Virus record (IMG/VR): IMGVR_UViG_3300037635_003078
From: an uncultured virus (IMG/VR IMGVR_UViG_3300037635_003078)
Lineage: Duplodnaviria; Heunggongvirae; Uroviricota; Caudoviricetes
Length of the DNA: 64,000 bases
Reading direction: 5' to 3' (one strand)
Every line of letters starts with the position of its first letter. Positions within the stretch are counted from its first letter, which is position 1. Position numbers and translations under genes: made by a program. This document shows positions 10,892 to 21,420 of the stretch, in pieces. Below the pieces are notes generated by a model. That model ran no database searches, was not told the DNA's origin, and saw only the letters and a program-made list of their open reading frames with translations.

Positions 10892-12688
10892 ATGAATACT
10901 AAACTAAATAAATCGGTTAAGAAGTTTTTAGATGATTATCTAAAAGATGAAAAAAAGAATTCGCCAGAACATCAAGAATCGGTTATGCTGATTATGAGAG
11001 GCGCCTTAACTGACGCTAACTTTCATAGTGAAGCAAAACAATTAGGTAAATACTTTCCAAAAGCAGGTAAGAAATACATTGGTACACCAATGGAAGATGT
11101 GATTGAAAGTAAGGGTATTGCTATTGCTAAAGCTGCAAAGTGGGATGGTCATGATATCATTGACGCATTTGCATTTTACCTAAGTATGTCAATTGGTGGT
11201 TCATTCGGAAATAGATTGATGTCACTAAAAGAATCAATTGAAGAGTCATTAGTTGAAGAGGGTGAAAAGTTAGACGAGAAGAATGTACCAACTAACCCAT
11301 CTAAATGGGCTTACTATAAAGCACAAGCAAAGAAGAAGTTTGACGTATACCCATCAGCATATGCAAATGGTTGGGCTTCAAAACAATACAAAAAAGCTGG
11401 TGGTGGTTGGAAGACTGAATCAGTAAACGAAGGTATGGTAAGTCCAAGTAAAGGGCATGCTTACTATAAGTTGAGTAAAGACACCCCAATCAAATATGTA
11501 TCAGGTCATTATGGAGTCGGATTAAAAGTTCCTGGTGTATTACTTCATAACGAATATGATACAATCAAAGGTCAGAAGGGTGCTTACATTATCAATTACT
11601 TCAATCAACATTTCTATGTGGATATTAAAAACAAATTTGCATCAAGAATTGCCCATCCAGATAATAAAGAGCAAAATAAAGATTTGAAAAAAAATATGCA
11701 GTTCTCGGCAGTTGCACCTGACCACAAAGATTGGAAGAAATATGTGAAGGAATCAGTAAACGAAGGTTATGGTAAATTCATTAAAGCTAAAAACCTTACT
11801 GATATCATTAAATTATCAAAGCAAAAGAAAAACGCAACATTCTATGTAACTGATGATAACAATTCTCGTATTGGTGCATTTTATTTAAAGAATGGTAAGT
11901 TTGCTAAAGCAACTACTGCAAACCCTAGCTATGATTTACAAAATAACAAAACTAAGTTAAGAGATAGAAGTGATGTAATCTACAAGTATAAAGTAGACGA
12001 ATCAGTAAACGAAGCTAAGGATAAAGTATTTGTAGTGATGTTTAAGGTCAAAAAAGATTTACCCAATAGAAGTGTAAAACCATCTTCAGCTGTATATGCA
12101 AAAGAAGCTGATGCTAAGAAATTCTTAAAATCGGTTGAGAAAGATGGTGGTAAGGGAATGATTGTAAAGTCTAATAAACCCGTTGGTGTAAAGGTAAATG
12201 AAGCTGCAACAAGAACTGCTGTGGAAATTGGTGGTTTGACCGGTGTGAATAAAGATGCTATCCAAAAGTTTGTTGATGATAACAAATTAGACATTGAGAA
12301 AGTATACCAATTCGTTAAGAAAGGTAAACTTGCTGATAGAATGAAGTTAGTATCTGCAATCGCAGGTAAACCTAATAACCCAGTTCAAAAGAAGATGGTT
12401 AAACAATTCGGTGAAGGTATCATCAAAGAAGCAAAAGTAAGATTGGGTAAAGACTCAGTAAACTTCAAAGTGATGGGTGACTCAAAGGGATTGACCCTAA
12501 TCGCTGCAAGTGGTAATGACTTAGATGGTCTTCAAGATGCAATTGAAAATAATGTTGATGTGAAAGAAGAATTGAGAAAGACACTTGAGAAACAACTTAA
12601 AGTTCCAGTTGAAGTGGATAGAGATTACGATGGTGCTGGTTTTAGATTCAACATTGACTTTTACTCATTGGCTAAAAAGGTAAAGTAA
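10892..12688 (+). CDS. Modular Lys-rich protein with repeated ESVNE linkers, probable internal head polyprotein
   Basis: 598 aa; ESVNE x3 plus VKVNEA, KLDEK and IIKEA separate unrelated segments. Confidence 0.65.
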   Translation: MNTKLNKSVKKFLDDYLKDEKKNSPEHQESVMLIMRGALTDANFHSEAKQLGKYFPKAGKKYIGTPMEDVIESKGIAIAKAAKWDGHDIIDAFAFYLSMSIGGSFGNRLMSLKESIEESLVEEGEKLDEKNVPTNPSKWAYYKAQAKKKFDVYPSAYANGWASKQYKKAGGGWKTESVNEGMVSPSKGHAYYKLSKDTPIKYVSGHYGVGLKVPGVLLHNEYDTIKGQKGAYIINYFNQHFYVDIKNKFASRIAHPDNKEQNKDLKKNMQFSAVAPDHKDWKKYVKESVNEGYGKFIKAKNLTDIIKLSKQKKNATFYVTDDNNSRIGAFYLKNGKFAKATTANPSYDLQNNKTKLRDRSDVIYKYKVDESVNEAKDKVFVVMFKVKKDLPNRSVKPSSAVYAKEADAKKFLKSVEKDGGKGMIVKSNKPVGVKVNEAATRTAVEIGGLTGVNKDAIQKFVDDNKLDIEKVYQFVKKGKLADRMKLVSAIAGKPNNPVQKKMVKQFGEGIIKEAKVRLGKDSVNFKVMGDSKGLTLIAASGNDLDGLQDAIENNVDVKEELRKTLEKQLKVPVEVDRDYDGAGFRFNIDFYSLAKKVK

Positions 12689-12689
12689 G

Positions 12690-13559
12690 ATGACTAAAAC
12701 ACAACTCAAGGAATTAATCAGAGAAGAATACCATAACGTAAAAGACTTTATGGAAGATAAGTATGGTTTTACTCCTGAGCTGGGTAAGGTCATTGACAAC
12801 CCATATGTATCATCATTTAAAAATGAAGCTACATATTCAAGTGGATTATATATGATACTTGACAAAGATGGTAAAGTCGTTGATAAGGGTCTTGAAAGTA
12901 ATATGTGGTATTCCTTTGAAAAATATAGAGGTAAAGGAACACACTATATCGTATCAAAGAAAAACCTAAGTAAAGCACAATCACTTATCAAAAAATATCA
13001 GTCAGACCTTAGTAATACTAAGTTCAGAGATTCGATGTTTAAATTGTACAAGGAATCAGTATCAACTGAAGCGTTATCAGATTATGAAAAAGATGGTGCT
13101 GACTACGAACAATTATACAAAGATTACTTATACTCTAAGAAGAGAAAAACCGAAGGTGATGAAGTAATCGATGAGTATGATGTTGATACTATTGAAGAGA
13201 CGACTGATTTCATAAACTTTATGAAAGAATACTCTCAGATGTTAAATTTACATAAAGAGCAGAATAGTGATATCTACGCACTAAACCCAACACTTGATGA
13301 AGCAGAGTATCAAGGTCGTGACGTAAAACTTGGTAAACCAATGCAAGGTGATGTTAAGAAGTTTAAAGTATACGTAAAGAATCCAAAGGGAAATGTTGTA
13401 AAGGTAAACTTCGGACATGGTGGAACATCTGCAAAGGGTAAAACAATGTCTATCAAAAAGAATGACCCTGCGAGACGTAAGGCATTTAGAGCAAGACATA
13501 ATTGTGATAATCCTGGACCACGACATAAAGCTAGATATTGGTCTTGTCGTAAGTGGTAA
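12690..13559 (+). CDS. Hypothetical protein with conserved basic C-terminal phage domain
   Basis: C-terminal AEYQGRDVKLGKP...VKVNFG...RRKAFRARHNC...ARYWSCRKW, a module I recall from T4-like marine phages. Confidence 0.7.
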   Translation: MTKTQLKELIREEYHNVKDFMEDKYGFTPELGKVIDNPYVSSFKNEATYSSGLYMILDKDGKVVDKGLESNMWYSFEKYRGKGTHYIVSKKNLSKAQSLIKKYQSDLSNTKFRDSMFKLYKESVSTEALSDYEKDGADYEQLYKDYLYSKKRKTEGDEVIDEYDVDTIEETTDFINFMKEYSQMLNLHKEQNSDIYALNPTLDEAEYQGRDVKLGKPMQGDVKKFKVYVKNPKGNVVKVNFGHGGTSAKGKTMSIKKNDPARRKAFRARHNCDNPGPRHKARYWSCRKW

Positions 13560-13619
13560 CTTAATTAACTCCGAGTTACATACTTATATAAACAAGTAAG
13601 TTTAACAAAAGAGAGAATT

Positions 13620-13937
13620 ATGACAAAACTTAAAAATTGGTTCATCGGTCTATGGAATAGATTATTGAACAAAACTACCATTGATGAACAAATCATGGAA
13701 ACAGTAGCAGATGCAAAGGAAAAGCTAGAATCAGTTAAAGAAGAGTTTGCTGATGTAGCAGAAGAACTTAAAGACGTAATGTCGGCCATTAAGGGAAAGG
13801 TTACTAAAAGTAAACTTCGTTCGATGACAAAAGTACAAATGCTTGAAGCTGCTAAAAAAGACCACAATGTTGATTTGGATTCTAAACTAAACAAGACGAA
13901 TCTAATTAATAAAGTTTACGAACTTTACAACAAGTAA
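13620..13937 (+). CDS. Hypothetical protein, coiled coil plus possible HeH/Rho-N-like C-terminus
   Basis: 105 aa; KLRSMTKVQMLEAAK...LNKTNLINKV pattern. Confidence 0.6.
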   Translation: MTKLKNWFIGLWNRLLNKTTIDEQIMETVADAKEKLESVKEEFADVAEELKDVMSAIKGKVTKSKLRSMTKVQMLEAAKKDHNVDLDSKLNKTNLINKVYELYNK

Positions 13938-13940
13938 TTT

Positions 13941-14522
13941 GTGAGAAATTATTTCGGAGATATCAAGACCCTTCTGATAGTAGTATTAGGAGTTATTATA
14001 TTTTTGACACGTGGTTGTCAGAACGGGTCTGATATTACCGAACCACAAGTTATTACTGAAGTAGTCACAAAATGGGATACTGTACAAATTGAAAAAACCA
14101 AGTACATCCCAAAGGTAGTGGAGAAGGTAGTAGTTAATATTGATACATTTACTACACCAATTGATACATTATCAGTATTAAAAGATTATTACGCAAAATA
14201 CTTTTATACTGACACTATTATTATAGATTCGCTAGGTTATGTTACTATTAACGATACGATAACACGTAACCTAATTTCATTTAGAGATGTTCAATCCGAA
14301 ATACTCATCCCAACAACTACAATTACTAATACTGTTTACATCAACAAACGTGAACTCTATGTGGGTACTACGTTAAATGGTGACCGAACTCAATTATATA
14401 ACTTGAGCGGTAATCTTTTATACAAAACAAAAAAACGTAATGTATATAATATTGGGGTAGGTGTAGATAGTGACTTCAAGCCCGTTTACACAATTGGTAT
14501 GTATTGGAAGTTTGGTAAATAA
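13941..14522 (+). CDS. Membrane-anchored or lipoprotein, candidate lysis (spanin-like) protein (GTG start)
   Basis: Hydrophobic LLIVVLGVIIFL followed by TRGC; DT-rich stalk; amphipathic beta C-terminus ending YWKFGK. Confidence 0.5.
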   Translation: MRNYFGDIKTLLIVVLGVIIFLTRGCQNGSDITEPQVITEVVTKWDTVQIEKTKYIPKVVEKVVVNIDTFTTPIDTLSVLKDYYAKYFYTDTIIIDSLGYVTINDTITRNLISFRDVQSEILIPTTTITNTVYINKRELYVGTTLNGDRTQLYNLSGNLLYKTKKRNVYNIGVGVDSDFKPVYTIGMYWKFGK

Positions 14523-14530
14523 TAGGTGAT

Positions 14531-16105
14531 ATGCCAAAAGATATAAAAACACTAATCAGGGAAGAGTGGGTTAAGTGTGCTAAGGATCCAGTATATTTCT
14601 TCAAGAAGTATTGTTATATCCAACACCCCCACCGAGGTAAGATTTTATTTAATCTTTACCCATTTCAAGAAGACTTAATGACAAGTGTAAATGAGGAACG
14701 ATTCAACGTAATCCTCAAGTCACGTCAGTTGGGTATCTCAACACTATCAGCCGGGTATTCACTATGGTTGATGTTGTTTCATGAAGATAAAAACATTCTT
14801 GTAATTGCTACCAAACAAGAGGTAGCTAAGAATCTTGTTACTAAGGTAAGATTCATGCATGATAATTTACCAACGTGGCTAAAGGGTCAGACTGAAGAAG
14901 ATAACAAACTATCCTTACGATTACGAAATGGTTCTCAAATTAAAGCAACATCTGCCGCAGGTGATGCTGGTCGTTCTGAAGCATTATCAATGTTGATTAT
15001 CGATGAGGCTGCATTCATTAACAATGTAGAAGAGATTTGGACTTCGGCACAATCTACACTTTCTACCGGTGGTGGTGCTATTGTATTATCTACTCCAAAT
15101 GGTGTGGGTAATTGGTTTCACAAGATTTGGGTTCAAGGTCAACAAGGAGACCAGTGGAATCCAACCGAATTACATTGGACGGTACATCCTGAGAGAAATC
15201 AATTGTGGAGAGATGAACAAGAGAAATTATTAGGAGCTAAGGGCGCAGCACAAGAGTGTGATTGTGACTTTATCAGTTCTGGCCATACGGTAGTTGAAGG
15301 TGCTACATTACAATGGTACGAAGAAACGTATGTAAAAGACCCAATTGAAAAACGTGGGTTTGATGGTAACTATTGGTTATGGGACTATCCAAATTATTCT
15401 CGTGATTATGTAGTAGTTGCCGATGTCGCAAGAGGTGACTCATCCGATTATTCAGCATTCCATGTATTCGATGTAGAGACTGTTGAACAAGTAGCAGAAT
15501 ACAAAGGTAAGATTGATACTAAACAATATGGTGCAATGTTAACTTCGGTAGCGGCGGAATGGAACAACGCAATGTTGGTGATTGAAAACGCAAATATTGG
15601 TTGGGCAGTGATACAAGAAGTAATTGATAGAAACTATGATAATCTATATTATTCATATAGAGATGTAGGTTACATAGATGATGATATACATCTCAGAAAA
15701 GGTTTTGACTTAAAACGTAAAGAGGATATGGTTCCTGGATTTTCTATGACAAGTAGAACTCGACCATTAGTAATATCTAAGTTAGATATGTATATGAGAG
15801 AGAGGACCCCTATAATCCATTCTAAGAGACTTATAGACGAATTGTTTGTATTCATATGGAATGGTAGTAGAGCTGAAGCACAACGTGGTTATAATGATGA
15901 CTTGGTGATATCATTCTCCACCGGTCTTTGGGTACGTGATACGGCATTAAAATTAAGACAACAGGGTATGGATTTAACGAGAACTACATTAGGGCATATG
16001 GGTAAGTCAAGTACCGGTGTTTATTCTAACCGTAACCTCGGCCAAGACCCATGGAAACAAAAAGACCAACATGGAAAGGACCAAGATTTAACTTGGTTAC
16101 TTTAA
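14531..16105 (+). CDS. Terminase large subunit (T4 gp17-like)
   Basis: LYPFQ, Walker A KSRQLGIST, Walker B LIIDEAAF, STPNG, nuclease ADVARG and DDLV. Confidence 0.97.
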   Translation: MPKDIKTLIREEWVKCAKDPVYFFKKYCYIQHPHRGKILFNLYPFQEDLMTSVNEERFNVILKSRQLGISTLSAGYSLWLMLFHEDKNILVIATKQEVAKNLVTKVRFMHDNLPTWLKGQTEEDNKLSLRLRNGSQIKATSAAGDAGRSEALSMLIIDEAAFINNVEEIWTSAQSTLSTGGGAIVLSTPNGVGNWFHKIWVQGQQGDQWNPTELHWTVHPERNQLWRDEQEKLLGAKGAAQECDCDFISSGHTVVEGATLQWYEETYVKDPIEKRGFDGNYWLWDYPNYSRDYVVVADVARGDSSDYSAFHVFDVETVEQVAEYKGKIDTKQYGAMLTSVAAEWNNAMLVIENANIGWAVIQEVIDRNYDNLYYSYRDVGYIDDDIHLRKGFDLKRKEDMVPGFSMTSRTRPLVISKLDMYMRERTPIIHSKRLIDELFVFIWNGSRAEAQRGYNDDLVISFSTGLWVRDTALKLRQQGMDLTRTTLGHMGKSSTGVYSNRNLGQDPWKQKDQHGKDQDLTWLL

Positions 16106-16178
16106 ATTTGGTACTTTAATTTATTTTTTGTATATTTATAACTTGTAGAAGTATATACTTTTAGTTAGAGACGAAATT

Positions 16179-18029
16179 ATGGCAGATAAATCACTATTTA
16201 ATAGGTTAGGAAAATTATTCAACACTCAAGTTGTTGTCCGTAGGATTGGTAAGGGTCGTACCCAAACTATCGATACTCAAAGACTACAATCTCAGGGTAA
16301 CCTCCGTGGTTCATCTTATTACGATAGGTTTGGTAGAATGCATACCTCTCGTAGAAATTGGGAAACGTATAACAATCAATTTAATTATCATTCAAATAAA
16401 TTAGAACTATATACTGATTACGAAGCAATGGATAAAGATTCCATTCTAAACTCAGTATTAGATATATACGCCGATGAGTGTACTCTAAAAAATGACATGG
16501 GTGATGTTCTTAGAATTAAAACTAATGACGAGAACGTAAAAAAGATTCTTCACAACCTATTTTACGATGTAATGAATATTGAGTTCAATCTTTGGGCTTG
16601 GATTCGTGGTATGAATAAATATGGTGACTACTTCCTACATCTTGATATTGAAGAAGGTGTTGGTATTGTAAACGTATCACCAATGTCAGCATACGAAGTA
16701 GAAAGAGAAGAAGGGTTTAATCCCGAAAACCCATACGAAGTAAGATTTAAATTAGGTTCAATGGGTGCTGCTCATGGTGCAAGTGTAAACAAGAACGCTG
16801 ATTACTTTGAGTTCTATCAAATCGCACATTTCCGTTTATTAGCAGATACAAACTTCCTTCCATATGGTCGTTCGTTGCTAGAAGGTGCAAGAAAGACTTG
16901 GAAGCAGTTGACTCTTATGGAAGATGCTATGATGATTCATAGAATTATGAGAGCACCTGAAAGACGTACATTTAAAATTGATGTAGGTAACATTCCACCT
17001 GGTGAAGTTGATAACCACATGAGAGGTATCATTGACCAAATGAAGAAAGTACCATATCTTGACCAAAATACTGGTGACTACAATCTCAAGTTTAATCTAA
17101 TGAATATGTTAGATGATTACTACCTACCAGTTCGTGGTGGTCAAAGTGGTACTGAGATAGATACACTAAGTGGTATGGAATTCGGTGGTATTGATGATAT
17201 AGAATACCTAAGAAATAGAATGATGGCTGCACTAAAAGTACCAAAAGCATTTATTGGGTACGATGAGTCAGTTGAAGGTAAGGCAACTCTTGCACAAGAG
17301 GACATCAGATTCGCACGTTCAGTTGAGAGAATCCAAAAGATTGTTCTTTCTGAATTAACTAAGATTGCAATTGTTCACTTATATTCACAAGGTTACGAAA
17401 ACGAAGACCTTGTTAACTTTGAGTTGGAACTTACAAACCCATCTATCATATACGAACAAGAGAAAGCTGCATTGTGGTCTGAGAAGGTATCATTGGTATC
17501 TGATATGAAAGACCTCAAAATGGTTTCTCAAGAATGGATGTATAAGAACATATTCAATATGAGTGATGATGAGTGGGCTCTTGAACAAGGTAAAGTTATT
17601 GGAGATTTAAAACTCGGATTTAGACAAGCTCAAATTGAAGATGAAGGTAATGATCCAGTTAAAACTGGCGAGTCATTTGGCACACCACACGATTTGGCAC
17701 AAATGCATCAAACACCTAACGATGATGGTGGTTCTCCTGAAGGTGGGTTTGATGGCGCTGGTAGACCATCAACATCAGGTAACTATAAAACGGATGATAG
17801 TGCATTTGGCAGAGACCCACTTGGTCAAAAGACCGATATTAAACCAGCCGCAACATATCATAAGTATAAAAATTCACCACTTGCTTACGAGCAAACACAA
17901 GCTTTGAAATCATCTTTGAAAAACGTTAAACGCAAAACAACTAAGATTCTAAATGAATCTTTATTAGAAGATGAAAAGGCTGAATCGGGTTTATTAGATG
18001 AGAGAAATCTTATCGATGACACGATTTGA
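16179..18029 (+). CDS. Portal protein (T4 gp20-like)
   Basis: LMEDAMMIHRIMRAPERRTFKIDVGN, DYYLPVRGG, EIDTL, ALKVPK. Confidence 0.96.
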   Translation: MADKSLFNRLGKLFNTQVVVRRIGKGRTQTIDTQRLQSQGNLRGSSYYDRFGRMHTSRRNWETYNNQFNYHSNKLELYTDYEAMDKDSILNSVLDIYADECTLKNDMGDVLRIKTNDENVKKILHNLFYDVMNIEFNLWAWIRGMNKYGDYFLHLDIEEGVGIVNVSPMSAYEVEREEGFNPENPYEVRFKLGSMGAAHGASVNKNADYFEFYQIAHFRLLADTNFLPYGRSLLEGARKTWKQLTLMEDAMMIHRIMRAPERRTFKIDVGNIPPGEVDNHMRGIIDQMKKVPYLDQNTGDYNLKFNLMNMLDDYYLPVRGGQSGTEIDTLSGMEFGGIDDIEYLRNRMMAALKVPKAFIGYDESVEGKATLAQEDIRFARSVERIQKIVLSELTKIAIVHLYSQGYENEDLVNFELELTNPSIIYEQEKAALWSEKVSLVSDMKDLKMVSQEWMYKNIFNMSDDEWALEQGKVIGDLKLGFRQAQIEDEGNDPVKTGESFGTPHDLAQMHQTPNDDGGSPEGGFDGAGRPSTSGNYKTDDSAFGRDPLGQKTDIKPAATYHKYKNSPLAYEQTQALKSSLKNVKRKTTKILNESLLEDEKAESGLLDERNLIDDTI

Positions 18030-18078
18030 TGAGTTTTTACATATTTATAAATTGGAATAGTAATAGATAAGGTTTACA

Positions 18079-18924
18079 ATGGCCAAATTAAAACACAGCA
18101 AGTTTAAAAATACGGGTATTCTATTTGAATTACTCGTAAAGCAAATCGCATCCGATACACTTGCGAACAAAGATTCTCTTGCCTTGGAAATAATAAAGAA
18201 ACATTTCAAAAGAGGTACTGAATTAAACAAAGAGTTAAAATTGTATCAATCTTTAACTAAAGAAAACTTCGATAACCAATATCAGGCTCAGGAGTTTTTA
18301 AATATTGTATTGGAAGAACGTGGTAGTTTAAATGAGGGTATTCTTCGTAGACAAAAGTATAATTTGATTAAATCAATCAAAGAGTCATTTGTTATGGAGG
18401 ACTTCTTTAAATATCGTGTTACTAATTATCGTGAAATGGCATCGGTTTACAAAATGTTTGAAAATACAAGTTTGACATCTCCAAAAGAGTACGTTACTTG
18501 TAAAAATACAATACTCGAAGTAATCACTAAATCAAATGTTGAGATTGTAACTGAATCTGATAATACTGAGTATAACAACCAATCTAAAGAAGTTAGGTTG
18601 TTGGCTTATAAGTTCTTGGTTGAATCATTTAACTCAAAGTACACAACTTTATCAGAAGAACAAAAGATGATTTTAAAGAATTATATCAACAACGTTGATA
18701 ATTCAACTAAATTAAAGTCATTTGTTATAACTGAAGTTAAGAAACTAAAGAAAAGTTTCAAAGCAGTAGATGTATCGGATAAAGTAGCACAAATAAAACT
18801 AAATGAAACTGTAAATCTTATTGATAACATTACAAATTCTAAAATAATCAATGAGAATCAGATTTTATCTCTTCTAAGATATCATGAACTTTTACAAGAG
18901 TTACGGAGGGTTTCAAATGTCTAA
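18079..18924 (+). CDS. Hypothetical head-cluster protein
   Basis: 281 aa, KHSKFKNTGILFELL start, between portal and protease. Confidence 0.75.
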   Translation: MAKLKHSKFKNTGILFELLVKQIASDTLANKDSLALEIIKKHFKRGTELNKELKLYQSLTKENFDNQYQAQEFLNIVLEERGSLNEGILRRQKYNLIKSIKESFVMEDFFKYRVTNYREMASVYKMFENTSLTSPKEYVTCKNTILEVITKSNVEIVTESDNTEYNNQSKEVRLLAYKFLVESFNSKYTTLSEEQKMILKNYINNVDNSTKLKSFVITEVKKLKKSFKAVDVSDKVAQIKLNETVNLIDNITNSKIINENQILSLLRYHELLQELRRVSNV

Positions 18925-19447
18925 ATTCTTACTAGAACAATTGGAAGGTAAGTTTGAAGAGCTGGAGTCAATCGAAACTCTTAAAGAGGAAGAGGTAGAT
19001 GAGGCTAATGTAACATCTAATATGGATGGGGGAGCAGGCCCACCTAAAACTCCTAACGCATTTGCAAAGAGTGAAGATGAAGATGATTTGGATACTGACC
19101 ACATAGAGGTACTTGGTTATAAAAAACCAAAGAAAACAAAAAAGATAAATACGGAGTCTAAAACTATGAAGAAATTAGAAGATAAGCTAGAACGTATAAT
19201 CGAAGCTACTTATAGAGATTACAAAAAAGATGACTCTATGAAGGCACATCAAAAAGTAAATAAATCTATCAAAGAGATTAATCGAATGATGTACGAAGTT
19301 GAAAAGATTGTAAATCAGAACACTAAGTTAAAAAATGAAATGGGTGTATCTAATGAACAATATTGGAAGTCTACACAAAAAAGATTCGGTAAGATTTCAG
19401 AAAGAATGTTAAAAGTTGCTCGTAACTTAAAAGAATTGAGCGCATAG
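18917..19447 (+). CDS. Hypothetical head-cluster protein
   Basis: ATG at 18917 overlaps the upstream stop and follows GGAGG; preferred over 18884. Confidence 0.7.
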   Translation: MSKFLLEQLEGKFEELESIETLKEEEVDEANVTSNMDGGAGPPKTPNAFAKSEDEDDLDTDHIEVLGYKKPKKTKKINTESKTMKKLEDKLERIIEATYRDYKKDDSMKAHQKVNKSIKEINRMMYEVEKIVNQNTKLKNEMGVSNEQYWKSTQKRFGKISERMLKVARNLKELSA

Positions 19448-19448
19448 T

Positions 19449-19589
19449 ATGTCGTGTGGGTGTAATAAAAATAAATTAAACGAAGACCTCGAAGTACAAG
19501 ACCTCGAAGATATCAGACTATTGATACGTAGAGAACTTGCAAGAGTGTTCTTTGATTTATATCGTAAGAAAAAGGTGTGGGAAAACTAA
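19449..19589 (+). CDS. Small hypothetical protein (46 aa, MSCGCNKNKLNEDLEVQ...), not in ORF track
   Basis: Fills the gap exactly between the stop at 19447 and the protease ATG at 19591. Confidence 0.65.
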   Translation: MSCGCNKNKLNEDLEVQDLEDIRLLIRRELARVFFDLYRKKKVWEN

Positions 19590-19590
19590 G

Positions 19591-20229
19591 ATGAAACAAC
19601 TACTTGTAGATACAATGATATTTGAAGTAACACCTACTATGTTACAAGAAGCAAAGGACCAGACTGGTCGTTTCTTAGTAAATGGTGTGTTACAACGTGC
19701 TGATGCTAAAAACCAAAATGGTAGAGTGTATCCACGTAACATCTTAGAACGTGAAGTAAAGAAATACCAAGGACGTGAAATCAAAGAGAATCGTGCTTAT
19801 GGTGAATTGGACCATCCTGAAAGTGGTGTAGTCGAATTAAAGAACACATCACACATTATCCGTGAAGTATCATGGAATGGTGATGATGTTGTTGGAACAG
19901 TTGAAATACTAAATACACCAGCTGGAAAGATTTTACAAGAATTAGTAAAAGCTGGGTGTACTGTTGGTATCTCGTCAAGAGGTATGGGTTCCGTAAAACA
20001 AATTGGTGAAGACACCGTCGCAGTAGAACAAGACTTTGATTTGATATGTTGGGACTTTGTTTCTAACCCATCAACTCATGGAGCATTTCTCTCACCAACA
20101 AACGAGGGTACGATAAACGAATCGGTTACTGTTAAAAAGAATACTTATAAATACAATAAAGCTAACAATATGATGAGAGACATCATGTGTGAGGTTGGTG
20201 GATATTGTGAATGTGATTTTGGAGTATAA
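19591..20229 (+). CDS. Prohead protease (T4 gp21-like)
   Basis: NQNGRVYP, GELDHP, SH, GISSRGMGS, WDFVSNPSTHGA. Confidence 0.95.
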   Translation: MKQLLVDTMIFEVTPTMLQEAKDQTGRFLVNGVLQRADAKNQNGRVYPRNILEREVKKYQGREIKENRAYGELDHPESGVVELKNTSHIIREVSWNGDDVVGTVEILNTPAGKILQELVKAGCTVGISSRGMGSVKQIGEDTVAVEQDFDLICWDFVSNPSTHGAFLSPTNEGTINESVTVKKNTYKYNKANNMMRDIMCEVGGYCECDFGV

Positions 20230-21206
20230 TGAAAAATTTAAAAGAACTACTAAACGAATCTACATACAAACGTATGAAGATAAACGATGAAGAAACCCAA
20301 AAGGGAATGACTAACGAAGAAAAGCGTGAATTCCTTAAAGCTGTTTCTGAATACAAGAAATTCGGTGAGTCAATCTATCGTTCAGGTAATTTGGGAGAAG
20401 TATACGAATCTATTAAAGGTATCGTAGAGACTGCACACAAGGTAACTCTTGAGGAAACTGGAGATTGGTTTGACAAGGTAACTGTTGGTAGACACATGAA
20501 GTCTATGAATGAGTCATTCAAAGTATTTACTAATACAATCAAAGAAGTAAATACCCTACAACAAAGACTTGAGTCTTGTTACGATGAGATGGGTGAAGTT
20601 CTTGGTAAGTATTACGAAATCAAAGAAGGTAACGAATTCGGCGCTGCAAGAGCGAAAGCAATTGCTAATGGTGATGATGAGTTCGAAGTAGATGGTAAAG
20701 AATTTCCAGTAAAAGACGTTGATAAGGACGACAAGGAAAACGCTAAAGAATTCGCTAAAGAATCTGTAAATGAAGAATCGTCAATGAAGCTAACTGATAT
20801 ACTAAGTGAAAACAAATACTCAATCATAGACCCAAAGGGAAACCAAAAGGGTATTGGTACCAAAGACCAAGCAAATAAACTACAAAAGAAATTAGGTGGT
20901 TCTAAAAAAGGATACTTTGTAGTTGCTGCTAAATCGGCATTGAAAGCCAGAAGAGCAATGGAAAAGTATCAGTTTGATTTTAAAAACCCTAAACTTCAAG
21001 ATAAGATGTCTGACCTTTACTTTGAATCAGTAACCGAAGATATTATTGGAGAAGGTGCTTCTAGCGAAGAAAAAAGAATTGTGATGTTGGCAGTTCGTAA
21101 AATATCAAAATATCGTCAAGTACCAATTAATATATCAGTTGTAGATGTATTAAGAGCTGCAGAAGAACTTGAAAGAGATATCAAAAAAGGTAAGGTTAAG
21201 AAATAA
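20229..21206 (+). CDS. Hypothetical head-cluster protein, modular
   Basis: MKNLKELLNE start; internal EIKEG, ESVNEE, ILSEN, ESVTED, IIGEG linkers. Confidence 0.7.
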   Translation: MKNLKELLNESTYKRMKINDEETQKGMTNEEKREFLKAVSEYKKFGESIYRSGNLGEVYESIKGIVETAHKVTLEETGDWFDKVTVGRHMKSMNESFKVFTNTIKEVNTLQQRLESCYDEMGEVLGKYYEIKEGNEFGAARAKAIANGDDEFEVDGKEFPVKDVDKDDKENAKEFAKESVNEESSMKLTDILSENKYSIIDPKGNQKGIGTKDQANKLQKKLGGSKKGYFVVAAKSALKARRAMEKYQFDFKNPKLQDKMSDLYFESVTEDIIGEGASSEEKRIVMLAVRKISKYRQVPINISVVDVLRAAEELERDIKKGKVKK

Positions 21207-21364
21207 TGAATCGTGATTTAGAACGACTTCAAGAAATAAGTGTTGATTTTTCATCATTTATCAAAAAGAACCTTAAAAAGATTAAGAGGTTACCAGCCGA
21301 TAAACAAAAAGAATTTGGAAATCTTATATCTGATTTTAAAGATGGTTTAGATAAAATGTCTTAA
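21206..21364 (+). CDS. Small hypothetical protein (52 aa, MNRDLERLQEIS...), not in ORF track
   Basis: TAATG stop/start overlap with the upstream gene. Confidence 0.6.
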   Translation: MNRDLERLQEISVDFSSFIKKNLKKIKRLPADKQKEFGNLISDFKDGLDKMS

Positions 21365-21389
21365 TTAACTTTACAAACACTATTTATAG

Positions 21390-21420
21390 ACACCTATCGT
21401 TAGTTCGATGGGTGTTTTTT
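21390..21420 (+). terminator. Intrinsic terminator-like hairpin upstream of bS21
   Basis: ACACCTATCG/CGATGGGTGT 10-bp stem (one G-U) followed by a T run. Confidence 0.65.

Noticed and set aside
19537..19590. Longer ORF-track starts for the protease (19537), 18884, 32377 and 59951
   Set aside because: They overlap upstream genes; downstream ATGs fit gene packing better.
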